This document shows positions 17,621-39,849 of a stretch of DNA of 64,000 nucleotides, in pieces (position 1 is the stretch's first letter; every line of letters starts with the position of its first letter). The DNA lies in NCBI RefSeq assembly GCF_009914755.1, contig NC_060933.1; one strand, 5' to 3'. The translations under genes and the position numbers were made by a program. The notes under the pieces are model-generated. The model worked only from the letters and a program-made list of their open reading frames with translations, was not told the origin of the DNA and made no database searches. Origin of the DNA: the human T2T-CHM13v2.0 reference genome, Homo sapiens.

Positions 17621-18679
17621 ATAATTGTAGATAAAAATGAGCGCTTATAGAATTCTAGAGGAAAAATCATTTCCAGGTGGGGTTGTCCTGAATTGGTTGG
17701 GTGAGGCCAACTCAGCTGAGCCGTGGGAAGCGTCTCAATAGACTGAAAGAGAAAAGGGGAAACCTAGGCAAGGTAGGGAGAATGTTCTACAAAAATCAAT
17801 GGAATAGGAAAGAACAAAAATGATTAGAGATCCTACTTATTCAGAGTAATGGATCAGGATGGGGTAATTAAAGAAGGAGACCTTTTCAAGCATAACTGGA
17901 AAGGTAACCAGGAGCCAGATTAGGAGATGTAAGGGGGTGTAAGTGCAGTCTGGGACACACAGTAGTTGAAGGTAGGCATGAGCACACAGATGAATGGGAA
18001 AGGGCTACCAGCATGCCCCAAATCCCGCAGGTGTGTAAACTGAAAAACATGAAAACAATTATTGCTTCATCAAGAACTCTTTCCGTGTTTACTAGGTACC
18101 TTGTGTGGGCTCATAAAATATAAGGAATAAAACCCATATCTAGGCTTCTGCTCAAGTGGGTTTTAACATTACGGATCCACCTCTCCTGCTTGTCAGAGAA
18201 TGAGAACGCTGCTTTTTTTAAACCAATGGGTCTCCATTTGACTCTTCACACCTGGGAAAGTTTTGAACTTTGCCGATTTGGGTTTATAACAACATGGTGC
18301 TTTGTACAGTGCCAGGTACTGTGGTGGGCTTCCAAAGTGACTTTCATTCATTCAAAAGGAAGTTTTAACCAATTTCTGAGTCAATTTGGGGGTCTCTGGT
18401 TAAAGTCATAATCTTGTTTACGCTACAATCTCTTTTTCCCAGCCTTAAACAAATCTAAATGACTCCTTGCCACTCCCATAAACAAAGAATGAATCAAAGT
18501 TCCAGCAGCACTGTAGCTAGAAAAAAGTCTGTAAGGCTGTTAACCTCTTTAAGGGGGAGGGGGAGAAGGGACGCAAGGAAACAAGGACCACACAGTCAAT
18601 GCTTGAAAACCTTGATTTTCACATTATGAAGACCAGGGCACCTAGATATTGCCAAGTGCAGGCCCAGAAACTGCCGGAG

Positions 18680-19350
18680 TCAACTACACCCCCCACCCCC
18701 ACACTACCAGGTCAGCTGGCTTCTTTTCCCCTAAACCACACACCCGCCTCAGACTCCTGACAGCCTCCAGTTCTGGAAATGGCCAGGAAACGAACGCGCC
18801 CGGGCCACCTGAACAAGGGCCCGGCAGGCGGCCCGCCGGGCAGCGCTGAAACTGGAGGGGTGAGAGGGCCGCCAGGTGGGCAAGCTGGTGGGCTGACGGA
18901 CGGGCGGGGAGCTGGCGGCTGGGGCAACCTTTACCTGAAGCTGCTTCCACACTACGGGCCGGGTCGGCCCCGGGACACGTTCCTGAGGGGAGGGCCCGGC
19001 TCCCCCACGCCTCCCGGCCCCTGCCCCGAGCTCTGCACTCTCGGGATCCACGGGGACCGGCGCTCCTCCCGGCCCGCTCAGCTGCCGCTTCCCGGGTTAG
19101 CCCTCATGCCCCTGCTGCTCGCCGCCGCCGGCCGGCCGAGCAGCAGCCCTATTACCCCGAGCCGCACACGACCCGGAACCACACCCCGGCGTTCCGGAAG
19201 TCCCCGACCGGGAAGGAGCCTCTGGCTGGGGACGTAGTGCGCAAGCCCCAGAGCTGAAAGCAAGGAGCGGTAGCTTCCCGCGGGGCGGGGCCGGGAGGGA
19301 GGCCGGGCGCATGCGCGCCGCTTCTCCAGTGCAGGGAAAGGCCTGGGTCG
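18680..19350 (-). promoter_or_regulatory. MAPKAP1: CpG-island housekeeping promoter of a minus-strand gene (MAPKAP1 by synteny)
   Basis: CpG-rich. Overlapping ETS palindrome TTCCGGAAGT (19192-19201), GC box GGGGCGGGGC (19282-19291), NRF1 GCGCATGCGC (19307-19316). The gene name comes from recalled 9q33.3 gene order, not from coding sequence. Confidence 0.85.
18935..19200 (-). other. MAPKAP1: Non-coding first exon (5'UTR) of MAPKAP1; the TSS end is approximate
   Basis: Minus-strand donor CTTCAG|GTAAAG (plus-strand ctttac|ctgaag, junction 18934/18935) directly downstream of the promoter motifs. No long ATG-initiated ORF. Confidence 0.75.
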
Positions 19351-19489
19351 GAGACTGAGTTCTGGCAAGATGCGCCAGTGCCTGGACTTGCCTTGAGCAG
19401 GAATCAGTGTTAGGCTTCTCCATCGAATCTTCTTTCTCCCCATTTCCACGGAGAAAAGCCCTTAGTTCGTCCAGAAATGAGTGATGAGG

Positions 19490-19710
19490 CAGCTCAGCCT
19501 CTCTGAGAAAGACCTGGGTTCAAATGCCAGCTCTTATAACTTGCTGTGTGTCCTAGGATGTGACACTTCTCTCTGAGCCTCGGGTTTTCCCATCCAGGGC
19601 AATAGTTTCAACTTTAGAGTATATTGCTGTGGGAATCGAATGGGATGATGCTTGAAAAACACCCAGCATAGTGCCTGACACATAGTAAACATGCAGTCAA
19701 TGTTAGTTAT
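19490..19710 (+). mobile_element. MIR
   Basis: gacctgggttcaaat...ctctctgagcctcgg...cagcatagtgcctgacacatagtaa. Confidence 0.8.
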
Positions 19711-20045
19711 TTCTCTTATTATAATATCTGTAATATGGAGGTGACAATAATCTTCCTCAAGCCCTGCTGGGAGGTTTCCAGGAGATGTAGGAGGACTGGC
19801 ACAGGGCAGAAGTTCAGTGTGTCTCATGCTGCTCCCTTCCTCTCTCACGGAGGAAATCAGTAGAGAAAGCCACGATGAAGGGGGAAAAAGGATTCAGGGA
19901 GTGCAGTGAGAGTGGTTCTCCCACCTGAAAGATGCTTGGGGAAGTCTCTCAAAAACGCACCTTAGCAAAAGAAAAAACTCAAGGTTGAATTTCAGCCCTG
20001 AGGGACCCCTGCCCAATTTTAAACTCATTAATAAATATGCCATGG

Positions 20046-20343
<298 letters not shown>

Positions 20344-20372
20344 ACGGTGGGTCTACCCATGTATTTCAAATA

Positions 20373-20702
20373 TGGTCATCCATCACTTAATGATGAGGAC
20401 ACAAGAAATGCATCGTTAGCTGATTTTGTGGTTGTGTAAACATCATAGACTGTACTTACACAATGTCAGAGCCTACTACACACCTAGGCTGTTTGGTATT
20501 AGCCTATTGCTTCTAGGCTGCACACCTGTACAGCATGTTACTGTACCATATACTGTAGGCAATTCTAACACAATGGTATTTGTGTATCTAAACATCTCTA
20601 AATGCAGAAAAGGTACAATTAAAAGACCATGTTATAATCTTAGGGGACCACCATCATATGCACTCTGTCATTGACCAAAACATCCTCATTCCACGCATGA
20701 CC
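20373..20702. mobile_element. Tigger3/Golem (MER7)-type DNA transposon fossil
   Basis: gtcatccatcacttaa...aacatcatagactgtacttacac...agcctattgcttctaggct...cgcatgac, with inverted ends. Confidence 0.8.
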
Positions 20703-21066
20703 ATATGTGATTGATCTCTTACTACATCCCATTACTTTATGTAATTGGTATCTTACCACATATCTATACTGGGGGAATAGTGCACCTCAGCACCCAGACA
20801 CACTCTTGCACACACACCACCACAGTTCCATCAGGGACCTGTCAGAGGCACTCTAACAAAGCAGCAGGTGTGAACAAGTTTGGATATTTGATTTTCTGAG
20901 GTCACCAGGTTATCTGTTCCTTCCTAAATCTTACTCTCCATTTTCCTCTCTCTCTCTCTCGAGTTCCAATCTGAAGCACAGCTGCCTGACTGTCTCCTAG
21001 ACACATAAAACTCGACCTATCTAAAACTGCTAAGCAGTTATAGATTCTAAAGAGTAAATATTTCCT

Positions 21067-21682
<616 letters not shown>

Positions 21683-22738
21683 TTAGAAAAATAAAAAGTG
21701 AATACTCACTCTGCCACTTACAAGTTTTGTGACTTCATCTCTCCAAGTTGCTTCTCTAAATATTCTTATCTTTACCTGGAAAATGGGAATGACAGAAGTC
21801 CTACATAACCTCATTAGTTTGTTGCAAGGATAGAATGACCTAATACATGTAGCTTACATATAACAGAGCCTGGCATGTGACTATTATTTACTAATGCCTA
21901 CCAGTATGAGTATACCTCAGTCAGTAAGCAATACTTATTGAGTGCCTATTGAGATTCAGTGGTGAAAAAGCCAGACGGGGACCCTACCCTTAAGAAGCCT
22001 TGTAGTCAAGTTCGACTATGGGTTTGAAATACTGTAGTTACTGTGGTAAGTTGGCATGCAGTGATATATGGTAGGATTTCAAGGACAGTATTGAGGGCCC
22101 AGTTGAGAATGGAGACTAAATGTATGGTGATACTAATATGATGGCTAGTGTGATTATTCTATAGCTAGTTGGAGCAGTCACGATACACACACCCAAAGAA
22201 TGAGAAGTTGGATTGATCCAAGGAAGGATTTTGCCAGACAGGTGTGATGGGGTCATATCAGCTTTTAAGAGTGCTTAAAACAATGAGCCATAGAAAGTAT
22301 GCTGGATAGGGAAGCAAGAGAATTCCAGAAAAACAGGTATCACTGGCCTAAAGGTCTCAAATAGATGTAATGGAAGTCACTGATGAAGGAAAGCAGAAGG
22401 ATGGAGGTTATTGTCACAGATGGATGTTTCAACAAATAACCTCAGAGGAGGAGCCATGTGAGAGGGGGTCCCAGCTAAAGTGGAATGGGGGGAAAATCAC
22501 TGAAGATGAGATAGTCAAGGAACTGAGATCCTTGTGAACGTCCATCCCAAGATGGTGGACAGACATGGGGTGAAAAGGAAACCAGACGTGCTCCCCATGG
22601 CATCTGCAACTGAGGAACAGCACTGGGGAGGTAGATGAGGAGGAGAGAGGAGAAACTAATTGGATGGCATGAGCCTCCAAGAAGCAGGAGTTGTATTGGT
22701 GGAAGTGTCATTAAAGCATACATTGACCTGTCTCCTGA

Positions 22739-23870
<1,132 letters not shown>

Positions 23871-24208
23871 TCAATTGTTGTTTGCCTTTCCACTCAGCAA
23901 ACTCCAATTCATTTTGGGGGGCAGCCTAAAACAACAACCATGTATTATTTCTCAGGATTCTGTGGGTTGATAGGTGTTTCTCCTGCCAATCTATCCTGGG
24001 CTTGCTCATGCAATTGCCGTCAGATGGAAGCTAGAATGCCTGGAAGGACTAAAATGGCCTCACTCATGGCAGCAGATGTTGGCCAGACTATCTTGATTTT
24101 TCTCCTTGTGGCCTGTCTGGTGGCTATCTTGGCTTTCTGTATAACATAATGACAGAATTCTAACAGAGTACGCTCTAATGTGCAAGTGATTTTTAAAACT
24201 ACAGTTCT

Positions 24209-24816
<608 letters not shown>

Positions 24817-25128
24817 CTAAGTATATCCTATTCATTGTTGAAGGCTCAATTTACATATTACTTCCCCAGAAAGCTTTCCTAGATCACCTTTTCTCCCTAA
24901 CAGGACACATGAAGAACTTTATTCTCTGTGCTGACCGTTTATCACATTTCTGTTGTTCTTTTAATACATATCCTGTCTCCCCAACGGGCCATGAGGAATG
25001 GGATGTTTATTTCTGTTTATATACTAAAAGCTAAAAACACCATAAGCACTTGGTAACGTGTGTTAAATGAAAAGGTGCTCAAAATATGCACATGAAATGA
25101 GGCAATCTTATTTTTAAGATTATAAGAC

Positions 25129-25732
<604 letters not shown>

Positions 25733-26221
25733 TTATAAGATTTTAAGATTACATAAGATTTGAGGAAATCTTATTTTATATAAGCATTATTTTCACATGG
25801 AAAAATACCTCTTTGCCAAATGTATGCCAACAAGCCAAGAGTACATGTGATAGGATGAAAGTAACACTTTGAAACCCTGCCAAAGCTTTGGGGAAACGGA
25901 GGCATCTTCTAGCTTTTCTGCAAATGTGTGATCTCAATATTTTATATGTGTGAATATGTTTCCCTGATATTCTTCCCAATTTTGGTCTTTTATTTAAATA
26001 TGGTTTTTCCTCTCATAGAGAAAACATGGGTGTTTCCTCTCATAGGGAAAACATAGGGAAAACATGGGTGTTCCTGTCCTATAAAGAATTAATTCTACGA
26101 AAAGAGTAAATTGCGTCAAAAATCCATTCAAACTATTTTAAAGAAGCGCCCTAGAAGTGTACAATTTCAGAGAGAAATATAGTGGGTTTTTTTAAATTTA
26201 AGTAATATTTCAATGTGAAGA

Positions 26222-26525
26222 TTTTTGTTTTGTTTTGTTTTGTTTTGAAATGGAGTCTCCCTCAGTCGCCCAGGCTGGAGTGCAGTGGTGCAATCTCGGC
26301 TCACAGCAACCTCTGCCTTCAGGGCTCAAGTGATCCTCCCAAGTAGCTAGGACCACAGGCGCACGCCACTACACCCAGCTAATTCTTGTATTTTTAGTAA
26401 AGATGGGTTTTCACCATGTTGGCCAAACTCGTTTGGAACTCCTGAGCTCAAGGAATCCCTCCATCTCAGCCTCCCAAAGTGCTGGGATTAGAGGCGTGGA
26501 CCAGGCACCCAGGCTCAATGTGAAG

Positions 26526-26556
<31 letters not shown>

Positions 26557-26833
26557 ATGGAGTCTCGCTCTGTCGCCCAGGCTGGGGTGCAGTGGCACAA
26601 TCTCGGCTCACTGCAAGCTCTGCCTCCCAGATTCACGCCATTCTCCTGCCTCAGCCTCCTAAGTAGCTGGGTCTACAGGTGCCCGCCAGCACGCCTGGCT
26701 AATTTTTTTTTATTTTTAGTAGAGACGGGGTTTCAGCGTGTTAGCCAGGGTGGTCTCGATCTCCCAACCTCGTGATCCACCCGCCTTGGCCTCCCAAAGT
26801 GCTGGGATTACAGGGTCAGCCTCCGCGCCCGGC
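26222..26833 (-). mobile_element. Two tandem minus-strand Alus (AluJ/S 26222-26514, AluY-like 26528-26833)
   Basis: Reverse Alu consensus; TSDs tcaatgtgaaga and gtgaagaatttttt. Confidence 0.9.
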
Positions 26834-27896
26834 GGTGAAGAATTTTTTTAAAGCAAATGTATTGCTTATAGTAAGGTGAGTTTGGTGAATAGAAGGGAAG
26901 CACAAAATTAACCCATCAGAAAACACACTTTGAAGATACTATTTAAATACAAATCGGTCCTGGGGACTGGGCAGAGATTCACTGAGCTTTGTTCTATTGA
27001 GTTTTCATGCTGAGTATTATTTCTGGTGAGTATCCCCTTTTTAGATACTTGGGGTGAAAATGGAACAGCTGGCTGGTATTATGAAAAATGGAACATCTTT
27101 CCGGCTACATTTATATTTGTAGTCCCTTTCCAAAATCCAGGTCCTGTAACCAGCTTCTAATAGTACCTTTTCTTGCTTTAAAGGTTAGCTAGTACTGTGA
27201 GTGCCAGCCCCTAAATTAATTGATGTTAACAGTACTTAGAACGTAAAAAACAGACTCGTATGTTTTGTCGAATGCAACTTCCAAGAATGTATAATTAACA
27301 GTGTCTCCATTAATATACAGTATGTTCAACAGTGAGACACCACTATCATAAATAAAGGTAGACATGGATAAATTTATAATTAAAAATGCATTAGAAATTA
27401 CAAGCATAATTTATTTACTAATGTGCACTGGAATAAATTTTATGTGTAATATTTTAAAACTGGGCATTAATAAATAATAGTGAACATAAAATGTTTTTGT
27501 AGCTAAAATATTTCAATAAATATTAGTAACTTAAATGTGCAGCAGTTATAATTGCTCTGAAGTAAAGTTTATAGAATGCAATCCCAATGTAGAACACTGT
27601 TTCTTGGGTGTATTCAAAATATCAGAAATGCATAGCTGTCCTTCTTCAAAGCTGACAAATCAGGTATTCAACGTAGTGCCTACAATGATTGAAGAATAAA
27701 AGCACAGGACACCCAAATAGTGAATAACTAATCATTATTTGAGATAACCAAGACCCTTCCGAGAAAGTGTATTTACAGACTCGTGGATTCAAATCTTACC
27801 TACCTGCTTGGCCTACACTAATTTGGAGCAATTTCTCCCACCTGAAAACTCCTATGGGTCTTTTTGAACCTTTCACTTAAAAATTGGTTTTACCTG

Positions 27897-28462
<566 letters not shown>

Positions 28463-29258
28463 ATTTACCTTACCTTGACTGTGCTTTTGTTCTATCAGGG
28501 GCAAACAACTCCAAGATGCCAAGCACTATTCTAAGTGCTCATATATTTTATTGACGCCATGCTCTTGACCACTTCACTCTATTAGCTCCACTATTTAAAA
28601 TATTCTATTTATTGAACTTTCTGAGCGTTCACATCATGTGTCCTTAGTGAGCTATAAGTCCTACAACACACAGGAATACCGTATTTGTTCATTTGATGTG
28701 CCTGAAAAGGGAGCTTGTGTCTACATGTAAGGTAGGTTTTCCCAGGTAAGACTGTAGCTGATTAACAGTAATGAATGGCGTCCATTATTGGTTGAGCCTT
28801 ACTTTGGGCCAGGCCTGGCCTAATGGCTTTGTACCCCTAGTCTTATTTAATCCTCATAACAATCCAATAGATAGATGTTATTATTATCCCTATTTAACAA
28901 ATGAGGAAACTGAGCATCAGAAAGGTGAAGTCACTTGCTCAAGATCATACAACTAGTAACTGGCTGACTTGGAAGCCCCAAGCGCCACACTTCCCACAAT
29001 GATAATGAGCAGCCCTTGTTGTGAAAATAACCATGTCCTTTCACTACATCATGTTGCCTTCCAGCATCTCACGATCCTTTCTGCTGGGATTTTCCCCCCA
29101 TTGATATCTAATCTAAGTCCCTCCTGCTCCCATTTAAGATAATTCCCTCATGTCCTGTCCTTAGTAGACAAGAACTGATGTTTAAAACACATGAGCAATA
29201 TCCCTTTAGATATTTGAAGATGGCTATTAAATTCTCCTTAACCTTCTTTTCTCCATGA

Positions 29259-30999
<1,741 letters not shown>

Positions 31000-31302
31000 G
31001 AGGAGTGGAGCTGCAAATTGTTCATCTTTGTATTTCCCAGTTATTTGACAAAATCTCGGCACAAAGTGTTGCTTTGAATGAAAGAAGCTAATTCTGGCTT
31101 CAGCTCATTTGTGACTTCGGTGGTCAGAGTCACACCTCTTCTCTGTGTCTCGGTTTTCCCATTTATGGAGTGGAATGGTTTTCCCATTTATAGACTCTAC
31201 CTGGGCAGAATCATATGATGCCATTTTTTGAGTGACAAAATGTTGTATGTATGTATGGTACAAAAGATGTAAATCTGCCTCTCAAAGATGTCTGTAGATT
31301 TT

Positions 31303-34863
<3,561 letters not shown>

Positions 34864-36222
34864 TCTCAACAACTCGATTTATTGAGCACCTGCCCAGGCA
34901 CTGTGTCAAGATGCTAGGGATAGAATCAGTGAACAAAACAGACAAAAGATTCTCCCTTCAAGGAGTTTAAATTCTAATGGAAGGAGAATGACAATATTGA
35001 AAATATTTATAAGTAATCCCTCAGATCGCATAAGAGTGATATTTAGCTATGGAGAAAATAAAGCAGAGAAGAGGGACAAGAAGTGCTGGGTTGAGATTCA
35101 ATTTTAAGTAGATGGGATGATGGGGGTGGCTCACTGACTGGTAGTGTTTGAGCAGAAATGTAGTTATTTGAAGAATTATAAGACCTTAGTGAAGTACTTT
35201 GTAAGTATGATGTCTTTAAAACTACCCTACCAGCATAGGCAACATAGGGAGATAGTCTTTATACACACACACACACACAACCTAGCTGGGCATGGTGGCA
35301 CGCGCGTGTGGTCCTAGCTACTTGAGAGACTAAGGTAGGAGGATTGCTTGGGCCTGGGAGGTCGGGGTTGCAACCATGATTACACCACTGTACTCCAGCC
35401 TGGGTGACAGAGCAAGACCCTGTCTCAGAAATAAATAAATAAACAAAAATTAAATAATTTTAAAATCGCCCTAAGACATAAATATTCTAATTTTATGGTA
35501 GTCCCATTTCACAGATGAGAAAACTGAACTTTGCAGTAGAGCAGCAATCTGCCCAAATTCGCAAATGGGAAGGGCCCAGCTGGGTTTGAACCCTTTGAGG
35601 GTGGGATCTTAACCACAACTCTGTTCTATAATAGTTTAACCTATTTTCCAATCTCTGATGTGCTGTCGGTTTGGATCCTGTGGCCCCACTCTTTTAGGCA
35701 CTTGAGGCAGACTGGTCTTTTCCTGCTATAGGCTCTTCTCCGTGTTTTCCTCCTGCCTTCTGACAAGCTCCTTCGAATGACAGCTTCCCATGTTGGACTT
35801 ACTCTTGTGGCTTCCCCCCTGCCCTCCAAAGTCACACATAAAAAATCCTGCCGTGGACTGATCCTCATAATAGCCTGTTCTTCTCCTTCTCCCTGGTGGG
35901 GATGAGAGTGGGAGAACCAGACAATTCAGCTGTGACAACCCAGGAACAATTCCGTTTAATTTTTTGACCCGCATTGGGAAAAAGCCAGTTGATTCTCTTA
36001 ACGGGCAAGGTCATTGAAAACTAAAAAAGCCCTAACTCGTTTAATGTTCATTTTTCCATGTTATCAATTCTGGGTAAAACAATAGTCATGCTGTCCATTG
36101 CAAATTACCTTTCAGGAGCCAGAAGTCCGCATGGAAGGAGCATGCTGCTTAGAGGACAAAGGAAACAATGCCTGCAGAGGACATTCTGGAAGGGAGAGGG
36201 AAATAAAGAATTAGAACTTCAC

Positions 36223-37843
36223 GGCCAGGCGTGGTGGCTCACACCTGTAATCCCAGCACTTTGGGAAGCCAAGGTGAGCAGATCACTTGAGGTCGCGAGT
36301 TTGAGACCAGCCTGGCAAACATGGTGAAACCCTGTCTCTACTAACAATACCAAAATAAGCTGGGCGTGGTGGCAGGCCCCTGTAATCCCAGCCACTCAGA
36401 AGACTGAGGCACGAGAATCACTTGAACCCAGGCGGCAGTGGTTGCAGTGAGCAGAGATCGCACCATTGGACTCCAGCCTGGGCGACGGAGTGAGACTCTC
36501 TCAAACAACAACAACAGACCCTTCACAACCACCAAGGAAAAGGTGTGGTTTGGATTTGCTGCATACAATGTGCCATAAAATCAGAAAAGAACTTTACTAC
36601 CCGACTTAGAATTTCTCCCTTATGTTTATGGAACACATGTTTTGCACACGCCACCTCTTTTAATGCTAACACTAAGAAACAGTTACTGTCATGGCACCCA
36701 CTTCAGAGATGAAGAACTGAGGCTTAGGGAAGTGAAGGGTATTTTTAGGCCATTCACAGTGGCTCACGCCTGTAATACCAGCACTTTGGGAGGCCAAGGC
36801 AGGTGGATCACCTGAAGTCAAGAGTTCGAGACCAGCCTGACAGACATAGCAAAACCCTGTCTCTACTAAAAATACAAAATTAGCCGGGCATGGTGGTGCA
36901 CACCTGTAATCCCAGCTACTCAGGAGGCTGAGGCAGGAGAATCACTTCAACCTGGGAGGAGGAAGTTGCGGTGAGCTGAAATCATGCCATTGCACTCCAG
37001 CCTGGGTGATAGAACAAGACTCCATCTCAAAAAAAAAAAAAAAAAAAAGAGAAGTTAAGGATATTATTGAAGATCACTTGCAGAGTGGACATGTAAACTC
37101 AGGTCTGACCAAAGCTCTGACTTTTAATCAAGATGCCCTGTCTGTCCCATAAGAAGACCTTGAAAACACACTGGTGAGTAAGAAGGTTAAACAGCAAAAA
37201 GTTGTGCTAATCACTGCATATATTAAACATTCCCTGGAAATACCAACTTTCCTGAGTGGAAATATTCACCTTGCCCCTCCCACTTTTAGGGTATTTTAAA
37301 AAATACTCAGAGATCACCTGAGGTCAGGAATTTGAGACCAGCCTGGCCAACATGGTGAAACCCTGTCTCTCTACTAAAAATACAAAAATTAGCCAGGCAT
37401 GGTGGTGCATGCCTGTAATCCCAGCTACTTGGGAGGCTGAGGCAGGAGAATCACTTGAATACCCAGGAGGCGGAGGTTGCAGTGGGCCGAGATTGTGCCA
37501 CTGCTCTCCAGCGTAGGCAACAGAGTGAGACCCTGTCTCAAAAAAAAAAAAAGTCTGGGCATGGTGGCTCACGCCTGTAATCCCAGCACTTTGGGAGGCC
37601 GAGACAGGTGGATCATTTGAGGTCAGGGGTTTGAGAACAGCTTGACCTACATAGTGAAACCCCTTCTCTACTAAAATACAAAAATTAGCCAGGCATGGTG
37701 GTGGGCACCTGTAATCCCAGCTACTCAGGAGGCTGAGGCAGAAGAATCTCTTGAACCCAGGAGGCGGAGGTTGCACTGAGCCAAGATCGTGCTACTGCAC
37801 TCCAGCCTGGGCGACAGAGCAAGATTCCCTCAAAAAAAAAAAA
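36223..37843 (+). mobile_element. Alus at 36223-36515, 36748-37048, 37310-37552 (5'-truncated) and 37554-37843
   Basis: Alu consensus; TSD aaaaatactcagaga brackets the last pair. Confidence 0.88.
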
Positions 37844-39849
37844 ATACTCAGAGAGTAGGATGCTTTCTAAGTAGAAAAGGTTGATGTTCAACCACAAAAC
37901 ATTTAGACATTATCAACAAGTTTTCCTATGCTATATTTTATTATGTTTTAATTTTTCTCATTTGATGTAGATTATTATTTTATTTCTACATTGAATTTTT
38001 CTTTTTCTCTGAGTAATGGTGTACAGAGATTAAAGGTAAAATAATACTACAAAACTTGTAACACAAAGCTCTTATGTTTTATTTTCTATTACTTTCTTCT
38101 CTCTGATTCTGGTCCTTAGAGGATATAATTTGCCTGCTAAGCTGTGAGGTTTTTATTAAATGCCCAGTTTAGTCTTTTTCTATTTGTGTATGTGTATATT
38201 GTTGCTTTGCTTTTTGCAAAAATGATGATAATTCATTCTACAATATTTCTTTAAGATGAACAATACTGCCAGAGAACCACGAAAATACATCTCTTTTTTT
38301 ATGATTAATATTCAAGCCTGCATCTTCTTTTTTTATAATTAAAATTTTATTTTTTTATCAAAGTCATACATAAGATTTGTTGAATAAGCCAAATAGTTCT
38401 AGCTGAAAGTCTGGTGCTTGCTACATCAAAGCAGATCTGTCCTCAATAAATGAGGGAAAATCACAACCATTTTGCACTGACGTGAAGTTCCCCACGGTGC
38501 AAGATTTCTCGGCAGCATCTGCTGCCTCCCCTCTTGGATACAAAGCGGGCAGAGTCAACTTTATAAATCCTGTTACAAAAATGGGCATCTTTCCCCAAAG
38601 TGTGCATAAGAATGCACGCTTTCTTAGAACATCTGAATTGAGTGATGAAATACCAAATGAAGCAAATGAAGCACATTTTTTATTTCTTGCAATTTGAATA
38701 GGGTATGAGAATGCATTTCCTTTTTTAGCTGGGTCCTAAGACAGGGCCGAATATCTATGGAAATGCTCACACATCCCGCAATGTGAGTTGACATGAAAGA
38801 CTTTGTTTTCTCCTGAACAGAAAACCCCCAAAGCCTTTCGTTGCATGATTGAAGGTGCCAGGCCTCTTCAGTCACTGGATAATATGTAGTGTTTTTCATT
38901 GTGAGGGCTGTATGGAGTACACATGTGCACTTCACAGTACGAAATCACCGCAGCTACCCAGGAGGATGCTCCTAATGTGGATGCGTTTGAACCGACAGTG
39001 GCACCATTTTCAGTGATTGGGCTATTGTTCTAACAAAAATGCTAAAGGTCTTTAAGGTGATTTTTGTTCCTCTGATTTCATGTCCTGAATATTCATTTTT
39101 AGTTTTCATTATCTAAGTATACAAGATATGGTATAGGATCTGAACCTTTTTTAAATTAATTGCGTTGTAAATCAAACATATTTCCGTAGAATGCACTTAC
39201 TCATCATTAGCATGCGAGAGTTTCCAGTAAAATATCTTCAGTATTATTTTTATTATTAACATATTTACACTGTCACTCCAGCCCTGCGCCCTTTGTGAAT
39301 CTGTTTTAAAAATAAATATGACCTGATACCAGAGTGATTGGTGCAATAAAAATGCGTGATGTGAAATTAATCAAATACGGTTGGGTTCAATTTATAAGGG
39401 ACACATTAAGAAAAATTATTTCTTATTCGGGTATGCCACTCTAGTGAATCAAACAGAGCTGTGTATATTTCAGCAAGATACATGAAAAATCCATTCATTC
39501 AACAAACATTTATTATGCATTTACTGTGTGCATCACGGGGGATAAAATCAAGCTGAGCAAACCAGAAATTCACACATGCAACAACAAAAGAGTATAAGCA
39601 ACTGCATAATTGTGAGATATACGTTAAATAGCCAAGGATTCCAGAAACAAAAGCTCAGGTAGCAGCAGTGTGGTGCACTGGTTAATGGTACGGATCTGTG
39701 GATTTATTTCAGTTTTTTTCAGGAAGTGGCCATTAATTTTTGTGTGAAAAAACAAGAGCAGAGAGGCATAATTCATTGTGAAGATAGGCTTTATATTCTG
39801 TATATGCTAAGGAAATAAACTTCTAATGCAATAAAATAAAGAGAATGGG

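Noticed and set aside
18649-19449. Several 66-152 aa ORFs over the first CpG island
   Set aside because: GC-driven open frames with no recognisable protein. SIN1 coding sequence is not in this window.
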